NCBI GenBank assembly: GCA_964016885.1
Contig: OZ024740.1
Coordinates: forward strand, 118,296,001-118,360,000
Source of the DNA: Eledone cirrhosa
Taxonomy: Eukaryota
DNA: 64,000 nt
Direction: 5' to 3'
The position numbers were made by a program, and so were the translations under genes. Positions 53,201 to 64,000 of this stretch are shown here, piece after piece (the first letter of the stretch is position 1; the number at the start of each line of letters is the position of its first letter). Below the pieces are notes generated by a model. It ran no database searches. It was given only the letters and a program-made list of their open reading frames with translations, and had not been told where the DNA came from.

Positions 53201-54022
53201 TAGAGTCTGATATTCTCTACGTCCGAGAAGCATTTGGAATGGTTAAGTTTAGCATTTTATGAGTGTTGTAAGTCTTTTAACCATAATTTTCCATGTAAGG
53301 ACATTTATTTTACAGAAAGCATAATCTTGCTGCACAGAATTTGATTTAGAACTACACAAGTATAGATCAACAGCAAGTTAAGATAACAACTGAGGATGGT
53401 TATGGATGGAACATACTGGTCATAAGTTTGTTTGGTTAGGCCTAGTGTTAAACAACCACAGTAACAATACAATAATGACTTCACAACATTGCTTTCAGTC
53501 TTCACTACAAAAATCAAACTTACCACAACATTAACCATGACTAAAACAACATCATTTCATCTATGATGTGATGTTATATGGATTGGTAGATTTAAATGCT
53601 TAGCAGTATTCGTTCCATCTCTTTATGTTCTAACTTCATATCTGGCTAAAGTTAGCTTTGCTTTTTTCTTTTAGAGTAGGGAAAATAATCTATATATATA
53701 AAACTGAGGATGTATGTCTGTGTGTGTGTGTGTGTGTGTGAGTTTGAATCCCTAAACCTCGAGAAGCACCCAACCGACTGTTTTCAAACTTTACACATGT
53801 AATACTTATGTTTCAGGGAGTGTTCTAAGCAAAAAAGAATTTCAAATTTTCAATGCTCTAGGGACCGCATTAGGCGATTTAGCGATCTCTCTCTATAATT
53901 CTTAGTCTTTCTCTTTTTAGATAGATACATACATATAACATCGTGCCCTCATAATATCTCTCTGTTGTCTGGCTGTCTGCATTACGTCACTTCCCACAAT
54001 TCCATCTGCGTCCAGAACACGC

Positions 54023-54426
54023 CCTTATAATATCTGTCTGTATGTCTGGCTGTCTGCTGCCTCCGGTTATTTTGCCACCCTTCCTCAAGACAAATCTCAC
54101 ACTCATTCCCCAAACAGTTGGTAAGTGCACACAACTTCTCCCTCACGTTTTAAGCCACAGTGTTGCTTACTTACGTACCACCAGACCCTTACTTCTTTGC
54201 CAGCCGTGGTTGTGGCAATACTAACCTTATAATATCTGTCTGTATGTCTGGCTGTCTGCTGCCTCCAGTTATTCTGGCACCCTTGCTCAAGACAAATCTC
54301 ACACTCATTCCCCAAACAGTTGGTAAGTGCACACAACTTATTCCTCACATTTTAAGCCACAGTGTTGCTTACTTACGTACCACCAGACCGTTACTGCTTT
54401 TCCAGCCGTGGTTGTGGCAATACTAA
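54023..54426 (+). repeat. two ~202-bp tandem repeats inside the Helitron
   Basis: CCTTATAATATCTGTCTGTATGTCTGGCTG starts at ~54023 and ~54226, with a partial third copy at ~54997. Confidence 0.85.
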
Positions 54427-55044
54427 GCTTAGCTAATGCGGTTATATATTTCACACAACACTAAAAATGAAAGCCGGTAACTATGTATTAGTCAGTCTCT
54501 TCTTCATACCGTGAGCAAAGAGAATACAACCTTTTAGTGGAGCGAGTGAAATAAAGTCAATCCTGCTGCGATTCAAAAATCAGGTTTGCAGGTTATATAT
54601 TTCACACAACACTAAAAATTAAAACCGCTATAATAGCTTCAGTTTTCACAGTGTTGCTTACTTACGTGCCTTTACGAGAACAAAAGTTACTATTTTACCG
54701 CTTAGTATTGTAGAAAATCTCTCTCTATATATATTTTTTTTCGTTTTGATTTTATATTTTTATGCGAAATACGGATGTCTGTCTGTGTGTGTGTGAGTTT
54801 GAATCCCTAAAACTCCAGAAGCACCCAACCAACTGTTTTCAAACTTTACACATGTAATACTTATGTTTCAGGGCGTGTTCTGAGCAAAAATATTTCAAAT
54901 TTTCAATGCCCTAGGGACATTAGGCGATTTAGTGATCTCTCTCTATAATTCTTAGTCTTTCTCTTTTTAGATAGATACATACATATAACGTCGTGCCCTT
55001 ATAATATCTGTCTGTATGTCTGGCTATCTGCTGCCTCCGGTTAT

Positions 55045-55652
55045 TCGCGAAAGAGCAGTGCTTGCTCCAAAAAACACGACTGTTAACACTTTCAACGACC
55101 TGCTACTGGAATCCCTTCCTGGTACTCTTCGCAACTACAAGTCTGTTGACACGATGCCCGATCCAAATGAAGTGGTGAAGTTTCCACCAGAATTCCTAAA
55201 CTCCTTACAGCCTCCGGGACTACCGCCCCACATGCTACGCCTTAAAGTAGGGACTCCTGTTATGTTGCTGCGGAATTTGGAGCCACCGAGGCTGTGCAAC
55301 GGAACACGCCTGGCTGTAAGGAAAATGACGGACCATGTTATCGAGGCAACAATCGTCTCTGGGTGCGAAAAAGGTGACGATGTCTTCATTCCGAGAATTC
55401 CTCTTACTCCCTCGGGAGCCGAAATTCCGTTTACCTTCAGAAGACTGCAATTCCCGCTTCGGGTCAGTTTTGCCATTCCCTTAACAAGTCCCATGGTCAG
55501 ACTCTTTCTGTGGCCGGACTTCTACTGGAGGAGCCCTACTTCTCCCACAGACAATTGTACGTTGGGTGCACTAGAGTTGGCAGCAGGGAGAGGCTTTTTG
55601 AATTTGCATGACGAGGGAAAACAAGGAACATTGTTTACAACGAGGTGTTATA
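55045..55652 (+). pseudogene. PIF1-like helicase C-terminal fragment of RepHel
   Basis: ERAVLAPKN, EFLNSL.PPGLPPH.LRLKVG.PVMLLRNL, LCNGTRL, IPRIPL, RRLQFP. Confidence 0.88.
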
Positions 55653-58147
55653 AATGCAACAGCGACACGGTAGGTTCATTATTGCCCTTTCTTAAACCAA
55701 TCTGGTCACAATTCGTACGGGCTACTAACTGAAATGCGTTTTGTCTACGGGTTAAGCTGAACCCTTCAGCTAAGAACCTTCTCCTTGACAATTGGTGCTG
55801 CAATGTAAGGTCGTTAAGCGGGTCGTTGTTTGTTGGGTGTTCTAGAGTTGGCAGCTGGGAGAGTCTTCTTGCATTTGCACAAGAACGAGGTAGGTTCGTT
55901 ATGAACATTTCTTAAGGCAATCTGGTTGCCATTCATACGGCCTATTACCTGAAATACATTTTCCCTCGGCTTCAGGTGACTAACTTCAGAGATGGACCTT
56001 CCGCTTCGCACTCGGCGCGTCAATGTATGGCTGTTAAACGGACCGCGAACGCATTCTGATTCATTCTAAAGGCTACCAGGGGAAGCAACCGGAACACCCT
56101 CCTTCAAATGTCAGAGAACGCAGTCGAAGTCACTATTAATGGCTACAAGTGAACGCTCACATGGCCCTTTTTAGGGCCACCACTTGAAATTGTTGATGGT
56201 TATCCCTCCTTACTGGGGTGTCAGTGAACAGCTTACACGGCCCTTTTAAGAACCCTTGAAATAGCTGATGGCGACCCTTTCGTTTAGGGCTGCCAGTGAA
56301 CGCGCACACGCCTCGGGGCCCATTTTATTGCACGATTCCTCTTTAAATTTGGTAAATTATACTCACAGTTTGTCCTGCTGACTCATGCCACTTTATTAAA
56401 GTACAAAAGCACCAAGCCGACTTTCTCCACGTGGAAGGAGAAGCATACCTAATACTAATTGCATCAAGTTTTCCCACGATTAGGTCTGTTGGCGGCCCGC
56501 GTTATGTTTCAGGGAGTGTTATGCACATAAAATATTCAACTTTTTGATCCCTAGGGTCCGCATTAGTTGAAAAACCGCGTTTTTCAGCTTTTTATGAGTA
56601 TTTTGAGGCGTTACTTTAGACCAATTTCCTTGAAATTGTAACTATGTATTAGTCAGTCTCTTCTTCATACCGTGAGCAAAGAAAATCCAACTTTTTTATG
56701 GCCTAGGGACCGCATTAGGTGAAAAACTTCATTTTTTCAGCTTTTTAGGGCGATTTTTAGGCGTTACGTCTAGCCGATTTTCCCGTAATTTCAAGGCATA
56801 TTATGCACATAAAAAAATTCCTTTTCTTGGTGCCCTAGGGCCCGCGTTAGTTGAAAACCTGCATTTTTTCTGCTTCATCGAGGAAAATCTTAAAGATTTT
56901 CAAGCGATCAGAGTATTCGGTTTATTTTCTTTACATATTGTCGAGGCATGCAGTTCTTCTACGATTAGGTCTGTCGGCGGCCGCGTTCCAAAATACCTTA
57001 TCCCGTGAAACGCCGGGTACCACTGCTAGTGTATAAATAAAATACTAAGGTTGATTTAATCAACTCTCCCCACATCCAATGCTTGCCATGGGCCTAAATT
57101 GGAAATCATTAGTCCCAGGTCAAATCTAATCAAGCAAACCTATGATCAAAAGTATTCCAGCCATGACAATTCCATCTATTTCTGTATACATAGTACCATT
57201 ATCCAATTCAGCCTTCCATTTTTTCCATGGTATCAGGTTATAATATGAAAATATTCTTAAGAAACAATTATTAATATCTACTATATTATTAATATCTACT
57301 ATTTATAGTAGAGCAAGCAACCATGTAAATTTTCCCTCAGAGGTTACAATGATAAATAAGGTCATGTTTGTTTGATGATGACAAACATTGCAATAAGCAT
57401 TGCTTATGATCTTATGTTAAGGTTGATTTAATTGGCTATATGTCCTATACTAAAAACTGAACATTATGATATTACTGTTGTCCTCATATTGTTCATGCTG
57501 TTAATTGTTCTATTAATAAAAGTCTCATTATAAAAGTAACTAGAAATGCATGTGAAGCAAGAACAATGAAAGCTGCATCAGCAACAGTACTGGTTTAGCA
57601 ACTATTGTCTTCCTCTCCACTCTCACTCTCTCTCTAGCTAATTTAGTTATCACTCTTGCTGTTGCTAATTCATTTATTGCATGTACCATTGCTAATTTAG
57701 TTAGTATTAGCATAAGTTGATTAAGTCACTATTTCTGATTATTGGTTTTGAGTATATATATTTTTTTACCTTTTTACCACATCACTTTGTCTATCTTAGC
57801 ATCACCTAGAATTGTTCAGTAATTTAAAATATAATTATAAGTGTTTTGCTTGCTCATCTGTATCATAATTTTTTCTCATTAAATTATAAAGTGTGAGATT
57901 TTTTCACCACTCAAACCTAGATGGATAATATTCATGATGTCTTTACAACCCTTCTCCCCATGAACTTAGAAATAGGATAGCAATGCGAGGTCAATACAAC
58001 ACAATGGTACTTTCTATTTATAGCAATATAATATAACATAGGCACAACTGGTGAACACTAATCCTGTCGACTGACAAAAAATCTTAAATATAAAATATAA
58101 GGATTGTAAATACTTTCATTATGGAAATATGAAGGTGAAAACAATAG

Positions 58148-58302
58148 AAGTCGTTCCCAAAGTTGGTTCCATGGGGTTTTGCAAAAAAATGTAGAGGAGT
58201 ATATTTAGATTACAACCATATAACAGTATTAGACTTTGTGGTTCCCTCAAACGTTTCTGAACCAAAAAGGGTTCCGCATTTGAAAAAGTTTGGGAAACCC
58301 TG
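58148..58302. mobile_element. hAT-type MITE relic
   Basis: GTTCCCAAAGT ... AGTTTGGGAAACCCTG termini. Confidence 0.5.
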
Positions 58303-58463
58303 CATTAGAAACATCTGGCAACCATGGTCTGCATTAATGCAACTATATTCAGTTTAAATTCTTAGAGGTTGGGGAAATATATAATCAGTGATAGTCACAG
58401 AAGAATACATTTTCTAAAGAAGGATTGGTGAGTGGTCATTTTTTTCAAATACACAGTAGGGTG

Positions 58464-59030
58464 CAGGACCAGATTAATTACTTTTGAGGTCCTAAGTGCT
58501 AACATTATTATGCCTGAATTGGCAGTATCGTTAGAGGGTTGGACGCCATGCTTTCTAGTATAGTTACGTCCCTTTACAGTCTGAGTTCAAATCCCGCCGA
58601 GTTTAACTTTGTCTTTCATCCTTATGGGGTCGATAAAATAAAGTACCAGTAATGTACTGGGTAATGCTGGCCTTGTGCCTAAAGTAGAAACAATTATTAT
58701 GCCGTGGTGGTTTGGCAGTATTGGTAGAGGGTCGGACAACATGCTTTGCAGCACAGAGCTACGCCCCTTTCTGATCTGAGTTCAAATCCTGCCGAGGTCA
58801 ACTTTGCCTTTCATCTTTACGGGGTCGACAAAATAAAGTACCAGTAATGCACTGGGATAATTGCTGACCTTGTGCCAAAAGTAGAAACAATTAATATGCC
58901 GTGTACCAACGCCCATATATAAAGTCTGTGAGAAAAAGTTTTTGAAGGACAAATTTGAATAAAATTGTCACTCTCTTTTCTTGATGCAATAAGCATATGC
59001 TTATTTTGCATGACAGTTAATCCAGCTCTG
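58464..59030. mobile_element. hAT-type MITE containing two tandem SINE A copies (58515-58699, 58705-58895)
   Basis: TIR-like CAGGACCAGATTAA / TTAATCCAGCTCTG; ATTATTATGCC repeated three times. Confidence 0.65.
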
Positions 59031-59074
59031 GTAAGATAAAAAGAAATTAGAAATGATCTACATCAGAAAATAAT

Positions 59075-59208
59075 TGTTTCTACTTTTTGGCACAAGGCCA
59101 GCAATTACCCAGTACATTACTGGTACTTTATTGTATCGGCCCCGAAAGGATGAAAGGCAAAGTTAACCTCGGCGGGATTTGATACTCTACCGATACTGCC
59201 ACCCCACC
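59075..59208 (-). mobile_element. SINE family A with internal deletion and 20-bp TSD
   Basis: GATCTACATCAGAAAATAAT at 59055-59074 and 59209-59228. Confidence 0.88.
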
Positions 59209-60059
59209 GATCTACATCAGAAAATAATGAGTAGAGAGAGATCAAACATGACAAACCAATTGATTCCACTTTTTAAATGTTTAATATCAAATTATTGTTG
59301 GTGAAACAGAATGGTAAATTCTTAATGCGTCATCTTATATATTTTCATGGTCTTGTAACCAGATTAAAAATTTATATCCATATTTGTTCATCTCCTGTTG
59401 TTCAGGATTAATTGAACAATAATGCATAAATACACAAAAACACAGTAAAGAATGTACAGGAACAACTGTATGATGCTAGCTAAACCCAACATAAGATATA
59501 TGATTCAATGCAAAGAAACCATAAATAATTGTTAAGAAACCATTCATATAAGATTTTAATGCGTTTTAGCTACCACAGTTATTGTAAAACACTTCCCTAA
59601 AATATATAAATGATGAACAAGTGAGTGAGTCATGAAAATGGTGAATAATCAAGTAAAATATTTATTAGAAACATATTACCAGCTGCTAATTTAATACATA
59701 TGGAGATTAATTTAACGTAATATAATAATTAAATAATCAGAGCTGCTAAATTCTTTCATATATCTACTTACAAAAATGTATACCATTATCATCATGTTTA
59801 CATCTACTTCTCCATGTTGGAATGGGTTGGATGAAATATCTTGGCTTTATAATATTTTACTTGCATTTGATGAGTACACATTCACACACAAACAAACACA
59901 TGAAATGCTTAAGAATAATTTCTTATGCTTATCAGTGTATGACTGAAGGCATATGTCCATCACATTTCTTTTTCACCATATCAACATGAGATGAATACTG
60001 ACTTGGTTTGCTGAATAGTGTCCAGCCCTGCAAGGGGGGTAAGCAGAGATTAAAAAATG

Positions 60060-60114
<55 letters not shown>

Positions 60115-60115
<1 letters not shown>

Positions 60116-60318
60116 TAGAAGTGGTTACACAACAGTTAGTTCACAATACCGACAACAATTGTTTCACCTTCGCGGATCTTCAGCTGAAGATCCGCGAAGG
60201 TGAAACAATTGTTCTCGGTATGGTGAACTAACTGTTGTGTAACCACTTCTATCTAACTCGTCTCTTGGACTGAGTGTTCTACCACTATGGATTTTTACCT
60301 TCCAGTGTTCCACCACTA
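60115..60318 (+). repeat. 138-bp palindrome with hammerhead core plus 66-bp tail (fold-back Penelope-like terminal repeat)
   Basis: Arms 60115-60183 and 60184-60252 with 2 mismatches; CTGAAGA starts at 60184; GAAACAATTGTTGTC on the - strand arm. Confidence 0.85.
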
Positions 60319-60338
60319 TATATATATATATATATATA

Positions 60339-60627
60339 TCATCATCATCATCATCATTTTACGTCCGCTTTTCCCTGCTTGCAAGGGTGGGACGGGAACT
60401 GATTCTGGCTTGATTTCTACAGCTGGATGCCCTTCCTAACACCAACCTCATTTACAGTGAGTGCTGGGTGCTTTTTTGCCTATCACCTCATTTTTACAGC
60501 TGAGTAAACTGGAGCAATGTGAAATAAAGTGTCTTGCTCAAGGAAACAACACATCACCCAGTCTGAGAATTGAACTCACAACCTTTCGATTGCAAGGCCA
60601 ATGCTCTAACCACTAAGCCATATGCCT
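60339..60627 (-). mobile_element. SINE family B
   Basis: Reverse complement of 10353-10670. Confidence 0.85.
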
Positions 60628-60647
60628 CCATATATATATATATATAA

Positions 60648-63600
60648 TATGAAACGAAAAATCAGTGATGCGTCTGAACTCAATTTAATGTGTGTTACAA
60701 TTGTTTCGCCGGCGAACAGCTCGAGCCACGATCATTGTGTGGATCTGACTGATTCTGGACCCGCAGGTTCGACGGACACGTCTAATGATTTCGGAGCAAT
60801 TTCTTTCACTGGGGTATTACCGTCAAAAACTTCATCCTCTTCGCGCGTCCTGCTATTGGCCGCTGGTTGTCTACGTCATCATAATTCTGACCAGAGGTAT
60901 TGTTCAGCTGACCATCAGCTGTCCAATGTCTGCCACACTTCAATGAATTACTGGGTTTGGTCATTCACAGGTCTACGTGCGCACTCACACACACATACAC
61001 ACACACAATCACATAGATAACGACAGTCGTACGCATTGACTCCCGCTACGCACACACATTTAAGGAGAACATATAAACCTATAAACATACGTATACACAG
61101 ACGCATGCCTACATGCCTATATACATCAACACACACACTCACAGGCACACACATGCACGTACTGTTTTAGCCACAGCGTTAGGCTCTTCCCCGTCTGTGG
61201 TGTACACTATGGATTCTGTGTAACCGGCCCTGCACAGTGCCTCATTATAATAGTCGGCGTGCTGGTGTTGAACATGTCTGCGTTGGCCGACAGGGTGGAT
61301 ACGCGTTTTGACACCCTTTTAACTGTTGCTTCTATGACTGACTTGGGGTGGTTCAATTGCCTGTTCACATATTGCAGGTTCTCATTGGGCTTGTGATAAG
61401 GTCGGTGAATGCCGTATTAATTTCCAGGGTAACGTCCAGGAAATTCAACATCTTAGAGCTAGGATCTATCATCATGTATACGCCGTGTTGCTTAAAAAAG
61501 TGCGATATGCGCTTCCTCATACACTCCATCTGGCTGGGGTTTAGGGAACGGAAGGTGAAAAGTGCGTCGTCTCTGTATATTCCTCCACCGATCCCTGGGA
61601 TCTCCTCCACTAGTCTTTGGAGGAGATAGATCCCCACCAGGTCGGTCACCTGCACAAAGTCGCTCGACCCCATAGTAATATCGAAACTGTTGGGTTTGTC
61701 CCTACTCTCCCATAATTTGTCTTCGAAGCTAATTAGCGTCTTTCTAGCTGCTATTATGAGGCTTGCCTCCTTCCTAGTGAGGCTGGACTTGGCCATGGCG
61801 CTCATGAGGGCCCTGTTCACTATTACAGGAGATACTGACGCGAAGTAATTCGCTGTCTAATTGAATAAAATGTACCTGCTGTATGCTATCTATTAGCGAG
61901 AACCAGTCAATTACCTCCTTGGCGGAGGTCCATAAGTTAAGCCTAGTTTTGTTCCTAAGTACCGGTAGTATCTTGTCTATGATATTCTTACTGTTCCCAC
62001 CTATGTCTGATTTGGAGGGTACTATTAGCCTAACAGGTAGATTAGTTCTAAAGTCTAATTTCTGATCCTTAATAGATATCCGAGGCTTTCTAGGGTACTT
62101 ATTGTTCTGTCCTATCATCTATTTCTAGCCCAGTCATTATTTTTTTGGTCGTGGCGTTAATGTTATCTAAGTTGTCCTGTCCTGTGGTCCTGTAATATTT
62201 CCTAACCTCTTTCCCGATGCAGTCGTTGTATGTAAAACGGTCAAGCATGTATACATTACCAGTTTTGTCCGAGGGCACAAGTAAATCCGGCATTCTTCCA
62301 TGCTTTTGATTGTGGAGCTCAATCTCCGGAGGTAATCCGTATGTCGTGTATTATTCCTTCGGAATTTGATGTTTCGGACGATGTTGATGATACGGTTTTC
62401 AAATTATTCCAGCTGAACTTCCGTCTAGATCTAAATATCCATTTTAGGCGGTCCTGAGAATTATCGGGTGCGTGTTGCTGTGTCCTTATGTCGTGGTGAA
62501 ATGCGTGCCATCTCATGCGTCTAACAAAAGAGTTGGTGTGGTGTATCAGTAGGCTCATGTACCTGTTGTCAGACGGGATCGGGATGTCCTTTGAAGAGGA
62601 AGAGTAGTTGAAATTTTCCATGGCGAATCACTGTAAGCGCTCTACTTGTGGAGGAGCGTAGTATATATGTGTGTGAAGGTAGCTAAGATGCTTCCATAGG
62701 CGGTATGCCGGTTGAGCACTCTATGCTCTTACAGAGCAGAGTATGATATAATATAAAACGAAAAATCAGTGATGCATCTGAACTCAATTTATTGTCTGTT
62801 ACAATTGTTTCGCCGGCGGACAGCTCGAGACACGATCATTGTGTGGAACTGTTTGATTCTGGACCCGCAGGTTCGACTGACACGTCTAATGATTTCGGAG
62901 CAAATTCTTTCACTCGGGCATTACTTCATCCTCTTCGCGCGCCCTGTTATTGGCCGCTGGTCATCTACGTCTTCATAATTCTGACCACAGGTATTGTTCG
63001 GCTGACCATCAGCTGTCCAATGTTTGCCTCACTTCAATGAAAAACTGTAGACGCATACAACTGGGTGTAACCCTTCCATGTATAGCACACTGTGTATCTC
63101 TATGTCACGTTATATGTATATTTTAAATAAAATTTATATTTCTTTTATATATGTATGTGTATATATATATGTATATATATGTATATATGGTTATATTGTT
63201 TATATATGTGCATGTTTATAACAAGATGCATCCTTTCATGTATGACCCATTGTGTATATTTATATGACTTTGTGTGTATATCCTATTTGTGTATATATAT
63301 ATGTGTGTATCTTTTAATGCATGCGTGGGCGTGTATGTGAATATGTGAATATTTGTAAGAGTGTATATGAGCCAGTGTGTGTGTGTGTACAAGCACCCAC
63401 TGTAGGGAAAGGGCTTGTTTGTGCGTATATATATATATATATATATGTGTTTGTGAGCGAGTGCGCATATGTGCCTGTATATATGGATACGTGTGTGGAT
63501 GTGAGTGTGTGTGTGCATGGGGGAAAAAGAAAGGGGGTGTCTATGTATATGTCTGTACGTGTTTGTGTGCACGGGTATATATACGCGTATACATGTCTGT

Positions 63601-64000
63601 GCGCCTGTGTGTGTGTGTTGATATATATAGGCATGTAGGCATGCGTCTGTGTATGTGTATGTTTATAAGTTTATATGTTCTCCATAAATGTGTGTATATA
63701 GCGGGAGTCTATGCGTACGACTGTCGTTATCTATGTGATTGTGTGTGTGTGTGTATGTGTTTATGTGAGTGCGCACGTGGACGTGTGAACTACCAAACCC
63801 AGCAGTAATTCACTGAAGTGTGGCAAATATTGGACAGCTGATGGTCAGCTGAACAATACCTGTGGGCAGAATTATGATGACGTAGACAACCAGCGGCCAA
63901 TAACAGGACGCGCGAAGAGGATGAAGTGTTTGACTGTAATACCCCAGTGAAAGAATTTGCTACGAAATCATTAGACGTGTCCGTCGAACCTGCGGGTCCA
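60648..64000 (-). mobile_element. Penelope-like element with direct and inverted pseudo-LTRs; RT frameshifted, endonuclease region deleted
   Basis: RT pieces 61160-62621 (SSKDIPIPS, VPSDKTGNVY, FDITMGSSD..V.DLVGIY, IYRDDAL, NFLDVTL); repeat 60648-61160 recurs at 62753-63040 and inverted at ~63580-64000. Confidence 0.88.

Larger units (their letters stand above)
53689..57029 (+). mobile_element. internally deleted Helitron, 3.3 kb
   Basis: A|TCTATATATATAAAAC start; CCCGTGAAACGCCGGG...CTAG|T end; helicase fragment; inserted into a decayed SINE A. Confidence 0.9.

Noticed and set aside
54023-54426. Repeats as a CRISPR-like array
   Set aside because: No unique spacers, eukaryotic context, inside a Helitron.

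Overview
AT-rich, microsatellite-dense animal genomic DNA. The SINE/LINE repertoire and the (TA)n/(CA)n load are most consistent with a cephalopod such as Octopus (inference). Almost all recognisable coding sequence is decayed transposon. It includes a ~6.2 kb Helitron (frameshifted RepHel, - strand), two smaller Helitrons, several RTE LINE fragments, CR1, Tx1/L1 and CRE-like LINE fragments, Penelope-like elements (GIY-YIG/RT), two tRNA-derived SINE families and MITEs. The least expected signal is a set of type I hammerhead-ribozyme motifs in Penelope-like terminal repeats. Two near-perfect palindromes (20205-20326 and 60115-60252) from different families both fold back exactly at the first C of the CUGANGA core. 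Five small phase-compatible - strand exon candidates (33235 to 6403) may encode a ~117-aa Cys-containing host protein, at low to moderate confidence. All calls are by eye; no searches were run.
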